64,000 bases of DNA from Octopus vulgaris. Lineage: Eukaryota. The stretch's first letter is position 1. Each line of letters opens with the position of its first letter. The notes beneath the pieces were generated by a model that saw only the letters and a list, made by a program, of their open reading frames with translations, did not search any database and was not told the DNA's origin. A program made the translations under genes and the position numbers. Of this stretch, positions 51,945 to 64,000 are shown in pieces. The stretch spans positions 2,170,001-2,234,000 of the forward strand of contig OX597830.1 of NCBI GenBank assembly GCA_951406725.2. Reading direction: 5' to 3'.

Positions 51945-53256
51945 GTTGAATGAATTATCTTGTTATGGATAATTCGGTTAACCGATACCTGGGTAGCAAA
52001 TTCACATCAGAGAAGACACGGTTGAAGTTACGTGCTTTCGTGTGGAAATTTGTATGGTTTTTTTTTAAATGTAAATATATGAAAGAATGGAGTTGAACGA
52101 CGAATTAACAAAATTCCTTTATTTTCGACATATGTTTCGAAGGCTGCATATTCCTAATTGCGAAGGAATAAGGAGTATATTATGCCGCTTTCTCACCAGG
52201 AAAAGCAAGGAACTTATGTCAACATCAAGACGCACAAAAAACTTTTAGATGACTGCTCACACGGAGCCCATAGCGATAATGAGTGTCTCTTTAAAAAATT
52301 CCTTTATAAGGAGTGACGTCAAAATGGTTGGATGAAGAAGAATCTAGAAGGTTCTAAAGGTTCAAGGGTTCAAACGATGTAGGAGAAGAGAGACATAAGA
52401 ATAGGAAGGTGAAAGGGTGCAGTTCAAATGAATGGTGAATTTTCTTTTGTGAATGAGTGTCTGTGTGTGTGACTGTATATAACTGCATTAATGTGTGTGT
52501 GTGTGTATGTGTGTGCGTGATTGTGTTTGTGGATGGGTGGGTGTCAGAAAACAGACAGTGTTGAGGTGAACGGTTTGTGTCTGTGTGTTTGTTTGTGCTT
52601 ACTATAGATAGAGGGAAAGAGAGAGAGAAAGTGAGAGAAAGAGGAGGGCAAGGTATAGGGACAAAGGTAACACATACCTCACTGGATTGGGTAGTAGTTC
52701 TTTGAAAGTATAAAAAGAATTTTATGACTATGGAGGTGAAATATATAAATGAAAGAGTTATATTAATTAAAATTCAAGGGGCTATCTATATTAATCATTA
52801 TTCATATGATTGAAAGGTGTGTTTTTGCCAGTGCATGCATCTGTAGGACCTCTCGACGATTGTATTTATGAAAGGGACTTTGGCGAACAAAATATGAAAA
52901 AGTTCGGAATTACAGACGCCACAATGTTTTCTGCCCTTGTCAAACGGGAAGGACACCGACAATATGGACCATTACAGTTTGAAAGTTGTATTGCTGTCCT
53001 TCAGACGCCAAACTAATTTACTTAGTCTCGTGCTGTGTTGTTTTCTCTTATCTCTGAAAGTTGAATAATGGTTGGATATCCTTTGGGCTAATTTAGAAGA
53101 AGTTGCTCCAATGTAGAAGAAGACATCGGTTCCCGAAGAAATTTTGCACTGGTAAATGGTGTTTCTAATTTTGGAATTTTTGGATTTTTTGGCGTCTGAA
53201 GGACAGTTAATTCGTCGTTCAACTCCATTCTGGCATATATTTACATTTAAAAAAAA
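51945..53256 (-). mobile_element. 5'-truncated PLE (GIY-YIG, 3'UTR, terminal repeat) with short inverted repeat at its 5' end
   Basis: IYQCKI...FYIGAT...RISNHYSTF...[12 protein letters not shown]; inverted repeat 52059-52109 / 53206-53256. Confidence 0.88.
52122..52204 (-). ncRNA. Minimal type-I hammerhead ribozyme-like motif (A6 to G in this copy)
   Basis: UUUUC-CUGGUGA-stem II-GAAAC-AUAU-GUC-GAAAA; palindromic stem III ACAUAUGU. Confidence 0.7.
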
Positions 53257-54434
53257 TATATAACTATATATATATATATAGCTATATATATATATATATA
53301 TATGTCTGTATATATATTCGTATATATATATATGCATATGTATATATATGTATATATATGCATATGTATATATATGTAAATATATGTCTATGTATTTATA
53401 TATGTATATGTATATATATGTATATGTATATATTTATATATATATATGTATATATATGTATATATATGTATATATGTATATACTTATGTATATATATATG
53501 TATATATGTATGTATTTATCTGTATATATGCATGTATATATATGTATATATATATATGTATATATATATGTATATATATGTATATATTTATGTGTATATG
53601 TATGTATACATATGTATATATATCTGTATATATGTATGTATATATATGTATATATATATATATGTGTATTTGTATGTATATATATGTATATATATATGTA
53701 GCTTCACTTAATGTATATTATGTGTTTTATATATATATATATATATATATATTTTGTTTTACATATTTTGTTTTAATTACTTGCATTTTAATTTTCCAGT
53801 ACTGATATACTATTGTTAGTTAATTTTTCTTCTATAAGCTAAAATATATTGTCATAGATGAAATAAATATTTCTATCTATTTATTCAAGTTTTATTTACA
53901 CCACATTTTAACGAGATATATTTATTATAAACACTAAGTCCTACGTATTAAATTTAAAGATTTAGTTAACAGAATATATTTGATATTGCCTGTCTTTGTT
54001 TTAAGATACATTTTTGAATTTCTCCGAATCTTTTCATTGGAAAATTACGTATTTTTGTATATATTTATATTTACTTATAAGATAATATACGTACATATAT
54101 TTAATTATTTTATTGTTTTTATCTTGGATCTAATGAGTGACCATATTTAAATTGAATTGATTTTACTGTTATCAATTCGAAAATATAGCCACGAAAAACG
54201 TAATGTCTATTTACTAATTACATACTATTATTTATTATTATTACTTCATTTAATTCTATGTAAATTTTTTATCCTATCTTTAATTTTGTTCTATATGGTA
54301 TGATTTAAGTATATCATTGTTGTATATCATTGTTGAATTTCTTCATACATGTATGTATGTATATATATAAATATATGTATGTATGTATTTATATATATAT
54401 ATGTATGCATATATATATATGTGTGTGCATGTCT

Positions 54435-54465
<31 letters not shown>

Positions 54466-54698
54466 TGTGTATAAATATATATATATGTATGTGTATAAAT
54501 ATATATATATATGTATAAATATATATATGTATAAGGTTAATCCAAACGGGAAAACAGAAAAAACAACAACACGTGGAACAATTACAGTATTATTATTATT
54601 AGGCGCTCAGGAAAATGGAAGAAGGAGGGTTATATATATATGGAGGTGTACTCGCATAGCAAGTGATTTGATCTGAGATCGTGTGCTGGAACGAAAAC

Positions 54699-54973
54699 AA
54701 TTGCAGCGTGGAAGGTGTTTGTAAGCCATTTAAGAAACACACAAAAGCCGTTCGATTCACTTCAACATTTAAGCTTAATTTGTCAAAATATTTCCGTCGC
54801 TAAAATCCGCGACCTGTTCACTGACAGAGATGCAGCATGGATTTTTGTTAGTGAACAGGTCGCGGATTTTAGCGACGAAAATATTTTGACAAATTAAGCT
54901 TAAATGTTGAAGTGAATCGAACGGCTTTTGTGTGTTTCTTAAATGGCTTACAAACACCTTCCACGCTGCAATT
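54699..54973. repeat. Near-perfect fold-back palindrome, 128-bp arms, 19-bp spacer
   Basis: 54699-54826 is the reverse complement of 54846-54973 with two mismatches seen. Confidence 0.97.
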
Positions 54974-55020
54974 ATATATATATATTTATATACACATATA
55001 TGTATACATATATATGTATG

Positions 55021-55093
<73 letters not shown>

Positions 55094-55148
55094 ATATGTA
55101 TTTATGTATATTTATATGTATGCACGTATGTATATATATATATGTATG

Positions 55149-55184
<36 letters not shown>

Positions 55185-55231
55185 TGCATGTTTATATACA
55201 TACATATATATATATATATACATATATATAA

Positions 55232-55263
<32 letters not shown>

Positions 55264-55409
55264 GCATGTATATATATGTATATGTATGTATATGTATATA
55301 TACATATATATATGTGTGTATATATATATATATGTATACATATGTATATATATATATATATATGTATATACGTATGTATATATATGTATATATATATATG
55401 CATATATAT

Positions 55410-55443
<34 letters not shown>

Positions 55444-55819
55444 ATCACATCTACCTCTCCTCCTGTCACCTCACCCTTTCTCTCATATGCTTCTCATTTG
55501 CCCCTTCTTCTCACTCCGTTTTTCTCTCTCTTTCACATCCTTCATCGTTTGCTGTCTTTCCCTCACTCTATCTCGCTTTCTCTTCCCCTCCTCTCCCTCA
55601 CTCTGTCTCGCATTCTCTCCCCTTCCTCTTCCTTCATCTGTCTTTGTAACATGCGACTCACCCTTGCTTTCCTCATATCACCCTCTCTATTTCCTTCATA
55701 GCACCTCTCTCTTTCCTTCTTATCTCTCTCTCACTTTCCCTATTTCCCCCCTCTGTGTTTCTTCTTCTCTATCTCCCTGTATCTCTCACTACTTCTCTAG
55801 ACTCTTCTCCCCCTCTGGG

Positions 55820-57430
55820 CTTAAAAAACGAAGATGGCACGAAATTGGGTGAAGAAAGAATTAAATCTTCTTTTACGAGCATGGATGATTGCTAGTGGCG
55901 ATCCGCCAAACAACATCACTGCTGCACTAAAGAACAATGGCTTTCACAGCACCATTGACCAAATAGAGCGGAAGAAGAGTGAGTTCATCCGGTCTTATAT
56001 GCTTATAAGACCACACATTAACACCTTGGATGGCATAATGGAAAACTATTGTGGCAAGGCTGAAAAGGATGGAGGAGACGTAAAGTAAATAAAACCCGGA
56101 AGTTTCTGTAATCCAGAGGTTCCTCAAGAGAATGGATCACCCGCCCCGGTGAACGACCAGGCAGAAAAGGATTGTGGAGCCAAGGAAGCTGTAACCAGAA
56201 TCCCCCTTGTGCCAGTTATCCTACAAAGGAATGGAACCTTTGCCGCATTAGAAAACCAGAAGAAATCAGTTCCTACCACAAGAAAAAGAAGGACCGAAAA
56301 CAAAAATAACAAAGGAAAGGAAGAAAAAGGAAAAGGCAAAACAACCAAAACCGAACCCCCAACCCACAAACAAACAATACAAAACCCTATGGAGAATCCA
56401 ATGCCATCCAAAACCCTACAGGAAAGAAGAAATCTGGAAGGTACCGAAGAACCTGCAAATTTTACTTGCAATGCAAATGTTGGCATGGGGATGATGGCGA
56501 AAACTGCCGGTTTGCTCACCCGACACCCCGCCAGAACTACTGGGACCTTAAAGAGAAAAACTTGACTGAGAAAAGACAACAAATGTCTCCAAGGAAAACA
56601 TTCAGAAAAGAAGTGTGCTCCTTAGATGCTCTGCGCAACGCAGCGGCTGAGCAAAGTGTCTTTTTTGTTTTTGGTGCAAAAGATTGTACAGCAGTTGACG
56701 TGGCTACACCAAGCACAAACAAGGAACTTTTCCCACCTCTATGCAAGACCACCACAGTCAACAGACACAGGATGGCCTACCCTAAAGCCTGCACAGTCGT
56801 CACCCCAATACTTTTACTAAATATTGGGGGCCTGTTACATTATATTAAAAACAAAATTTCTTTCCTGAGAGATCTTACTGCATGTAATCAAGCCCTATGC
56901 ATAGCACTCGTGGAAACTCACCTCAGCCCTGATATAGAGGATGCAGAGGTACAAGTACCAAACTATGCCATATTGCAAACAGACAGAAGGGAAAGGAGCC
57001 ATGGTGGAGTTGCTGTATACATCCGTGATGACCTCACACCCCATGTCTTACTGTTACACTCAAATTTGGTATGAGACACTCTAATTGTATACATAAGACA
57101 ACATAATACAGTCATTTGCAATGCATATTGCCCAGCGGATGCCCCAAACCAACTAGGGCAAATAACATTCTGGATCTCTGCTTCACGAACAATATGGACA
57201 TCATTCATGATGTGAAAGTGACACCGACATTAGTCTTGGATCACAACATAATAGAATTGTCTGTTTGGGCCGAAAGTAACCAGAGACATACAGCCTAAAG
57301 GAAGCACCCGAAATCTCTCCAATCTGAACTTCCACAAAGCAGATTGGAAATCGATCCAAAAAGAGATCCTCAGAGAGAACTGGCCCGAATGTCACTCCAC
57401 ACCAGACGTCGACATGAAACTAGAATATAT
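55820..57430 (+). mobile_element. 5' part (ORF1 and APE start) of the same CR1/L2-group LINE family as 38337-41525
   Basis: LLNIGGL...ISFLRDLTACNQALCIALVETHL...RSHGGVAVYIR nearly identical to 38640-38890; CCCH finger CKFYLQCKCWHGDDGENCRFAH. Confidence 0.88.
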
Positions 57431-57449
57431 GATACATTAAAGTCAGTTA

Positions 57450-57629
<180 letters not shown>

Positions 57630-57807
57630 TATATACATATGTGTATATATATATATATGCGGTTAAGTAATTGAGATTCTAGTGAATTCTAAAGAATTCA
57701 CTTGCATATGGTCCTTAACTAGGATGCACCGGAAATCTATATGGTGTTAACCATACGACAAGTGGGGTGATTACAAATAGGAAAAAAGCAACAAGAATGG
57801 ATTAAAA

Positions 57808-57895
57808 TCTCGGTACGATCGTTTCGTACGAGGACATCTTTAATAAGCTACAAAAAATGCAGTGAATACAGATGGCTCGTCCTCGTCAGCCGAAA
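57808..57895 (-). ncRNA. Minimal type-I hammerhead ribozyme motif, canonical core
   Basis: UUUCGG-CUGACGA-GGACGAG...CUCGUAC-GAAAC-GAUC-GUA-CCGAGA; 6-bp stem I; palindromic stem III ACGAUCGU. Confidence 0.8.
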
Positions 57896-58907
57896 AAACA
57901 TCAGAGAATTCCCAAACATCAAAAGGGGTAGATACAAAAGAGGTTGTAAGATTAGCTGCATTGAAGAAAGTTAGATTCGTGGAGATCCGATGGAAGGTTT
58001 TAAACCTATAGAATTTATGCATGTCTACATATAGCTCATATTGAATATTTGATCAAGTTGTGTGAAGAAATTTTCGGATACAGTCATGCAAAATTTCTGA
58101 AAATCCGAGTAAGAGGCAAAGTGACTGCCTTATCATGTAGAGGAAAGTCTGAGTAAAAGCAAAGTGACTGTCATATCGTGTAGAGGAACAGATTGTTATT
58201 GAAACTTACAAGAATCGCAGATAAGTTCGATTTTTTGGAGATCCGATGAAAAAGTCTTGAACTTACAAAAAATGTGTATGTCCTTATAGTGTTCATAATC
58301 CAGTTTTGTGAAGAGATTTCGGGGACAATCATGCGAAAAATATCAGGGAATCCGAATGAGAAGCAAAATGACAGTCTTATATTGTAGCGGTTCAGGTTAT
58401 TAATGAATTTATCAAGAATCACAGAAAGAGGAGGAAGGAGGTAGAAATTTAATCAGTTACTGCTATTTAAGCTGTCAAAGAGAAAGGAAAGGGGAAGCTA
58501 AGGGGATGGGCACAAGTTGATACTAACAAAAAGGTCTAAGTTTGTTTAGAACAAAATTCGAACTGAGGTCAACAATTTATTTCTTTATTTATAAATGTTG
58601 CTATTAATAGATTGTCAGGTTACAAAGAGGTCAAAGAGGTATATATATATATATATACATATATTTATATTATACAGAGGGTACTATTATTCATAGGTAC
58701 CGCACGCTAGGAGGGACTTTTGCAGTCAAAACTACTAAGATAAACAAATTGTACCGAATGCAAAACTTCAAAGCAAGTCATTTAAAAACAGAATTTAGTT
58801 ACATATCACCTGTGATTTCGCAATCAATGCAGAATATGCATTCTATGCTCTTCAGTGCAACGAACTCAATACATAGAAAAAACACAACATTACAAACCCG
58901 ACAGCAA

Positions 58908-58984
<77 letters not shown>

Positions 58985-58987
58985 TAT

Positions 58988-59232
58988 CATCATCATCATC
59001 ATCATCATTTAACGTCCGCTTTCCATGCTATCATGGGTTAGACGATTTCCCTGAGGTCTGGCGAACCAGACTCCAATCTGATCTGGCAGACTTTCTGCAG
59101 CTGGATGCCATTCCTAACACCAACCATTCCGAGATTGTAGTGGGTGCTTTTATATGCCACCGGCACGAGGGCCAGTTTGGTAGTACTGGCAACGGCCACG
59201 CCCAAATGGTGATTTTTACGTGCCACCTGCAT
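58988..59232 (-). mobile_element. RTE-type 3'UTR and tail fragment
   Basis: Reverse complement of 27295-27550, with (CAT)n. Confidence 0.85.
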
Positions 59233-59269
59233 ATACATATATACATACAGATATATATATATATATCCC

Positions 59270-61472
59270 CTAGAAGGTAGATATTTTCTAGGGGATTTTA
59301 ACGCTCGCGTGGGATCTGACCATGATTCATGGCCCATTTGTGTTGGACACTTTGGTATTGGCAACATGAATGACAATGGTCAGAGACTACTCGAATTCTG
59401 CACATACCACAACCTGTGCATCACAAACCCATTCTTTACCAACAAGCCATCCCACAAGGCATTCTGGAGACATCCAAGATCTCACCACTGGCATCAGCTG
59501 GATCTCATCATTACACGGAGACCCTTTCTGAATTCTACTCTATTGACCCGCAGTTACCACAGCGCGGATTGTGACACAGACCACTCACTAATTAGAAGTA
59601 AGGTGAGGATTCTGCCTAAAAAAGTCCATCGCTCCAAGAAAGTGGGCCGACCACGCATCAACACCGCCAAAACCTCGGACCCTACACTGCGAAAATGTTT
59701 TGCTGCTTCTATCAAGGTTGCCCTCAGTAGCTGCCCAACCTCCTCTGCTGAAAGTAGGTGGGACTATATCAGGGAAGCCTTGTATACGACATCAATAGAT
59801 ACTTTCGGCATGAGAGAAAGGCAAAACCCAGATTGGTTCAATGCTGGGCTCTCAGAGCTGGAGCCAGTTATCGAAGCAAAGCGTGCAGCTCTGATGCAAT
59901 ACAAGAGTGACTCTTCTACAAAGTCACTCGAAGAACTCAGAAAGGCACGAAATAGAACCCAACTGACAGCCAGACGCTGTGCAAATAGGTACTGTCAGGA
60001 CATCTGTCAGAGTATTCAGTCAGCTGCTGACAGTGGCGACACCCGTGGGATGTATGCCGGTTTGAAGAAGGCCCTCGGTCCATCCGCAACCAAGTCAGCC
60101 CCTCTGAAATCAACTACTGGAGATCTCATCAGGGATCAAGGCAAGCAAATGGATAGATGGGTGGAGCACTACCAGGATCTCTACTCACGGGACACTACAG
60201 TGGCTGAGGCTGCAGTCGAGTGTCAAGATCTTGCCAGTCATGTGCGAACTTGACAGTCCGCCATCTATAGCAGAGCTCACCAAGGCTGTTGACTCCCTAG
60301 CAAGAAATAAGGCTCCGGGAAAAGACGGCATCCCCTCAGAGATCATCAAAGCCGGCAAAAACACCATCCTGCTTCGGCACCTTCATGAGCTTCTGTGTCA
60401 GTGCTGGGAAGAGGGTACAGTCCCTCAGGATAGGCGGGATGCTAACATCATTACGCTTTACAAAAACAAAGGTGACCGTGGTGATTGTAACAATTACCGT
60501 GGTATATCCCTTCTAAGCACTGTTGGAAAGACCTTTGCCCGCGTTATCCTGGCCAGGCTACAACTACTTGCTTCTCGAATCTATCCGGAATCGCAGTGTG
60601 GCTTTAGAAGAAGCAGATCAACTATCGATATGATATTCTCCACACGCCAACTTCATGAGAAGTCCAGAGAGCAGAAAATGCCATTATATATGGCCTTCAT
60701 CGATCTAACAAAGGCTTTTGACTCGGTGAGCAGAACAGGCCTCTTCATCCAGCTCCAAAAAATCGGATGTCCACCAAAGCTGCTGAGGATCATCAAGTCT
60801 TTCCATGATGACATGCAAGGCACCATACAGCACAACGGTTCAACATCAGCCCCCTTCCAAATAAAAAACGGGGTAAAGCAAGGTTGTGTCCTCGCTCCTA
60901 CATTGTTTGGCATCTTCTTCTCGCTCTTACTTTCACATGCCTTTCAGACATCAGATGATGGAGTGTTTCTGCACAGTAGAAGTGACGGGAAACTGTTCAA
61001 TCTCTCGCGCCTGCGTGCCAAGACCAAAATCAGAAACGTCCTGATCAAGATGTTATTTGCTGATGATGCCGCTCTGGTAACACACACAGAAGAAGCCCTC
61101 CAAAGGCTCATTAACTGTTTTGAGCAAGCATATTACGACGTTAGCTTAGCTATCAACCTTAAGAAGACCAACATCATGGGCCAGGCTACATCGGATATTC
61201 CAAACATACATATTGGAGACCACATATTACAAGAGGTGGAGAAGTTTACCTATCTGGGCTCTACCGTCACCTACAACCTATCCCTTGACACTGAGCTCAA
61301 TATACGCATTGGCAAGGCAGCTGCGGTGGCCCAACTCTCCAAACGGGCTTGGGACAACAATAAGCTGACCAAGACCACGAAAATAAAGATCTACCAGGCA
61401 TGTGTACTCAGCACTCTACTGTATGGAAGTGAGACCTGGACGCTATACACACGCCAAGAGCGTCGCCTAAAC
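59270..61472 (+). mobile_element. RTE (BovB-like) LINE, APE and RT, one frameshift, 3' end cut off by a PLE
   Basis: LGDFNARVG, NDNGQRLLEFC, HQLDLII, TDHSL, NYRGISLLS, FIDLTKAFDSV, GVKQGCVLAPTLF, LFADD, FTYLGS, LLYGSETW. Confidence 0.95.
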
Positions 61473-62779
61473 ATCAGGGGGCAGCCATCGGCGTTAGTAT
61501 CGCTGGTGAGGTGGCCAACCTTTTCATGGTAAGGTGGGACAGCAGGCTTAAAGAACGCCTAACACAGAACTCCATACTCGTAAACATGTACTCTCGCTAT
61601 GTTGATGATATCAACATAGTGGTAAAGGCACCCCCACAAGAGAGTAATGTTGATATAATAATAGAAACTAATACTATGGAGAGCATCCAGCAAATAGCTA
61701 ACTCCATCCACCAGAGTATTAAGGTCACAATAGACTACCCCACTAAACACCCCAACCATAGACTACCAGTACTAGACACCGAACTCTGGCTAGAAATTGT
61801 GAATAATAAAACCCAAATCCTTCATTCATACTATGCCAAACCTATGGTCTCAAAATACTTGATCCACTGGAACTCAGCCATTGCGGACAATGCCAAATTC
61901 AATATTTTGATGGCAGACCTCGTCAGAATAATGAGAAATGTGTCATGCATGTGCGAGCCCACAGAGTTAAAGAAACACATACAATATTTCATTCACCGCA
62001 TGCAGTTCTCAGGTTACAGCCATAAAGAAAGGATCAGAGTATACAAAGGAGCCATTAAGAAATTTGATCATATATTATGTAATGATAGGAATGGTATTTG
62101 CCCACTCTATAGGAACAAGTCATGGAACACTATAGAAAGGACAAAAAAGAAAATAGTTAAGGCCAACTCTTGGTATGATAGCCATAAATACCAGAGTGTC
62201 ATGTTCGTTGACACCACCCCTGGAGGTGAACTGGCGTATCGCTTTAGAAGGACCCTAGACAACCTTAAGCTAAGAATTAAGGTTGTTGAAAAGCCAGGCA
62301 ACCCTATCAAATCTATAATTGGTAGAATCTATCCTTTTAGTAGAACCCCCTGTACAGATAGGTACTGTACTGTATGTAGATTTAGCCCACAAACAAACTG
62401 TAAAGCCAGAAATGTAGTCTATAGTATAAGATGTATAGAGGGACGATGCAGTAACAAGACGACATAAGTAGGGGAAACGGCAAGAAGCATAGGAGAGCGG
62501 GTAAATGAGCATTGGAGACAACTCAAAGAAGGTAAAAGCTCATCGATTCTGTACCAACACGCCGAACAAGAACACGGGGGATCAATCAATAACATAGAAA
62601 TTAAAATATTATCCACACGTAGATCAGATGCAACAATTAGACAAATTACAGAAGCTACACACATAATAGAAAATAAACCTAGCCTGAATAGGAAACTAGA
62701 ATGGAGCACTAACACACACCACAACATATGACGATAGAGGATCCTGAAAACATAATAAATACACAGATAAATAAATAAA

Positions 62780-62876
<97 letters not shown>

Positions 62877-63380
62877 TTCGATTCAATTTATTATTATTAT
62901 TACTAGTATTGTTGTTATACATACATACATACATGCATACATACATACATACATACATACATACAAGCATATGTAATGATAATAATGGGTCGATGTAAAC
63001 ACATGAACAAAATAAGAATAAACAAAAGCAAAAAGCAAAAAACAAAATACAAATTACATGAACGTATATAAACAGAAGATACAAATATTACAGACATCCC
63101 CCCCCCACACTAAATAAACATAGACGCACATAGAGATATAAGCATGCGCAAATGAAGACATACAATAGAAATACAAAATGGCTGACGGTTAGTAAGGAGA
63201 GACACAAATAAGTGAGAAGAAAACAAAGGACCACTGATGCGGTCAAAGGAGTGTGACGAAAGAACTCTGGCCGAAATAAGATTAATATTAATGTAACAAA
63301 TAAATAACACTGAAGCAAAGTAACACCAAATATATAGTGCGTGTGTTTTTATTGGCTAAACTGGCAAAATGACCATTCCG
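61473..63380 (+). mobile_element. Penelope-like element, 5'-truncated (RT motif B onward, GIY-YIG to 62731, 3'UTR)
   Basis: GAAIGVSIAGEVANLFMVRWD, YSRYVDD, LPVLD, NVVYSIRC...T*VGETARSIGERVNEH...LNRKLEW; single TAA at 62465-62467. The 3' boundary is approximate. Confidence 0.92.
63229..63272 (+). ncRNA. Hammerhead-like motif in the PLE 3' region (A9 to C in this copy)
   Basis: GACCA-CUGAUGC-G-GUCA(AAGGAGUG)UGAC-GAAAG-AA-CUC-UGGCC. Confidence 0.55.
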
Positions 63381-63386
63381 AAATAT

Positions 63387-63464
<78 letters not shown>

Positions 63465-63851
63465 TATATATAAATATACTTATATATATATATATAAGTT
63501 CAGCAAAAATTTAGATTCACATGAATATGGTACTTAAGTTAAAGGCACAAGTATACTTACAATGTTTAATTAAACGAAGTAGCATGAAACGATTTTACTA
63601 CACTACCTTGGATATCATTGTTGCTTATTTTGTTTGTATATATATATATATTTATATAAATATACATGTATATATATATAAAATTATATAAATATATATA
63701 AATATATAAATATACATATATATATATATATGAATATATATAAATATACACATATATATATAAATATACACATATATATATATATACACATATACATATA
63801 TATATATAAATATACACATATATATCTAAATATACACACACACATATATAT

Positions 63852-64000
63852 GATTTTGATTTTGATTTTTCCAGTTTCAGCTAATGAGCTGTGGCCATGC
63901 TGGGGCACCGCCATTTGGTTTGCTACACGATTTTACCTCACGGATGCTTTTTAGTAAACGCCATCTGATGCATGAGATAGTTCGATGCAGCTGCCCTCAT
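63852..64000 (-). mobile_element. 3' end of another copy of the CR1/L2-group LINE (continues beyond the window)
   Basis: Reverse complement matches 41372-41520, with an (AAAATC)n tail. Confidence 0.92.

Noticed and set aside
63150-63190. SECIS element in the PLE 3'UTR (ATGAA...AAA...TGAC)
   Set aside because: Stem too short and poorly paired; no in-frame TGA in the visible ORF (the internal stop is TAA).

Overview
AT-rich animal genomic DNA saturated with microsatellites and transposon relics. No host protein-coding gene can be supported. The repeat families suggest a coleoid cephalopod, probably an octopus; this is an inference from SINE/LINE resemblance, not a search. Contents: a 39/40-bp minisatellite running into a 100-N gap; three 5'-truncated R4/Dong-type RLE LINEs stacked head-to-tail in (TAA)n; two RTE LINEs; three pieces of one CR1/L2-group LINE family; at least six Penelope-like element (PLE) relics; a Tc1 element, a mariner-type MITE and a probable Helitron; about 20 tRNA-derived SINE copies. 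The main unexplained signal is about nine minimal type-I hammerhead-ribozyme-like motifs of the PLE type. Several sit at the apex of long fold-back palindromes, one has a swapped G3-C8 core, and one lies in a tRNA-headed SINE-like element. All folds were read by eye; no catalytic activity is shown.
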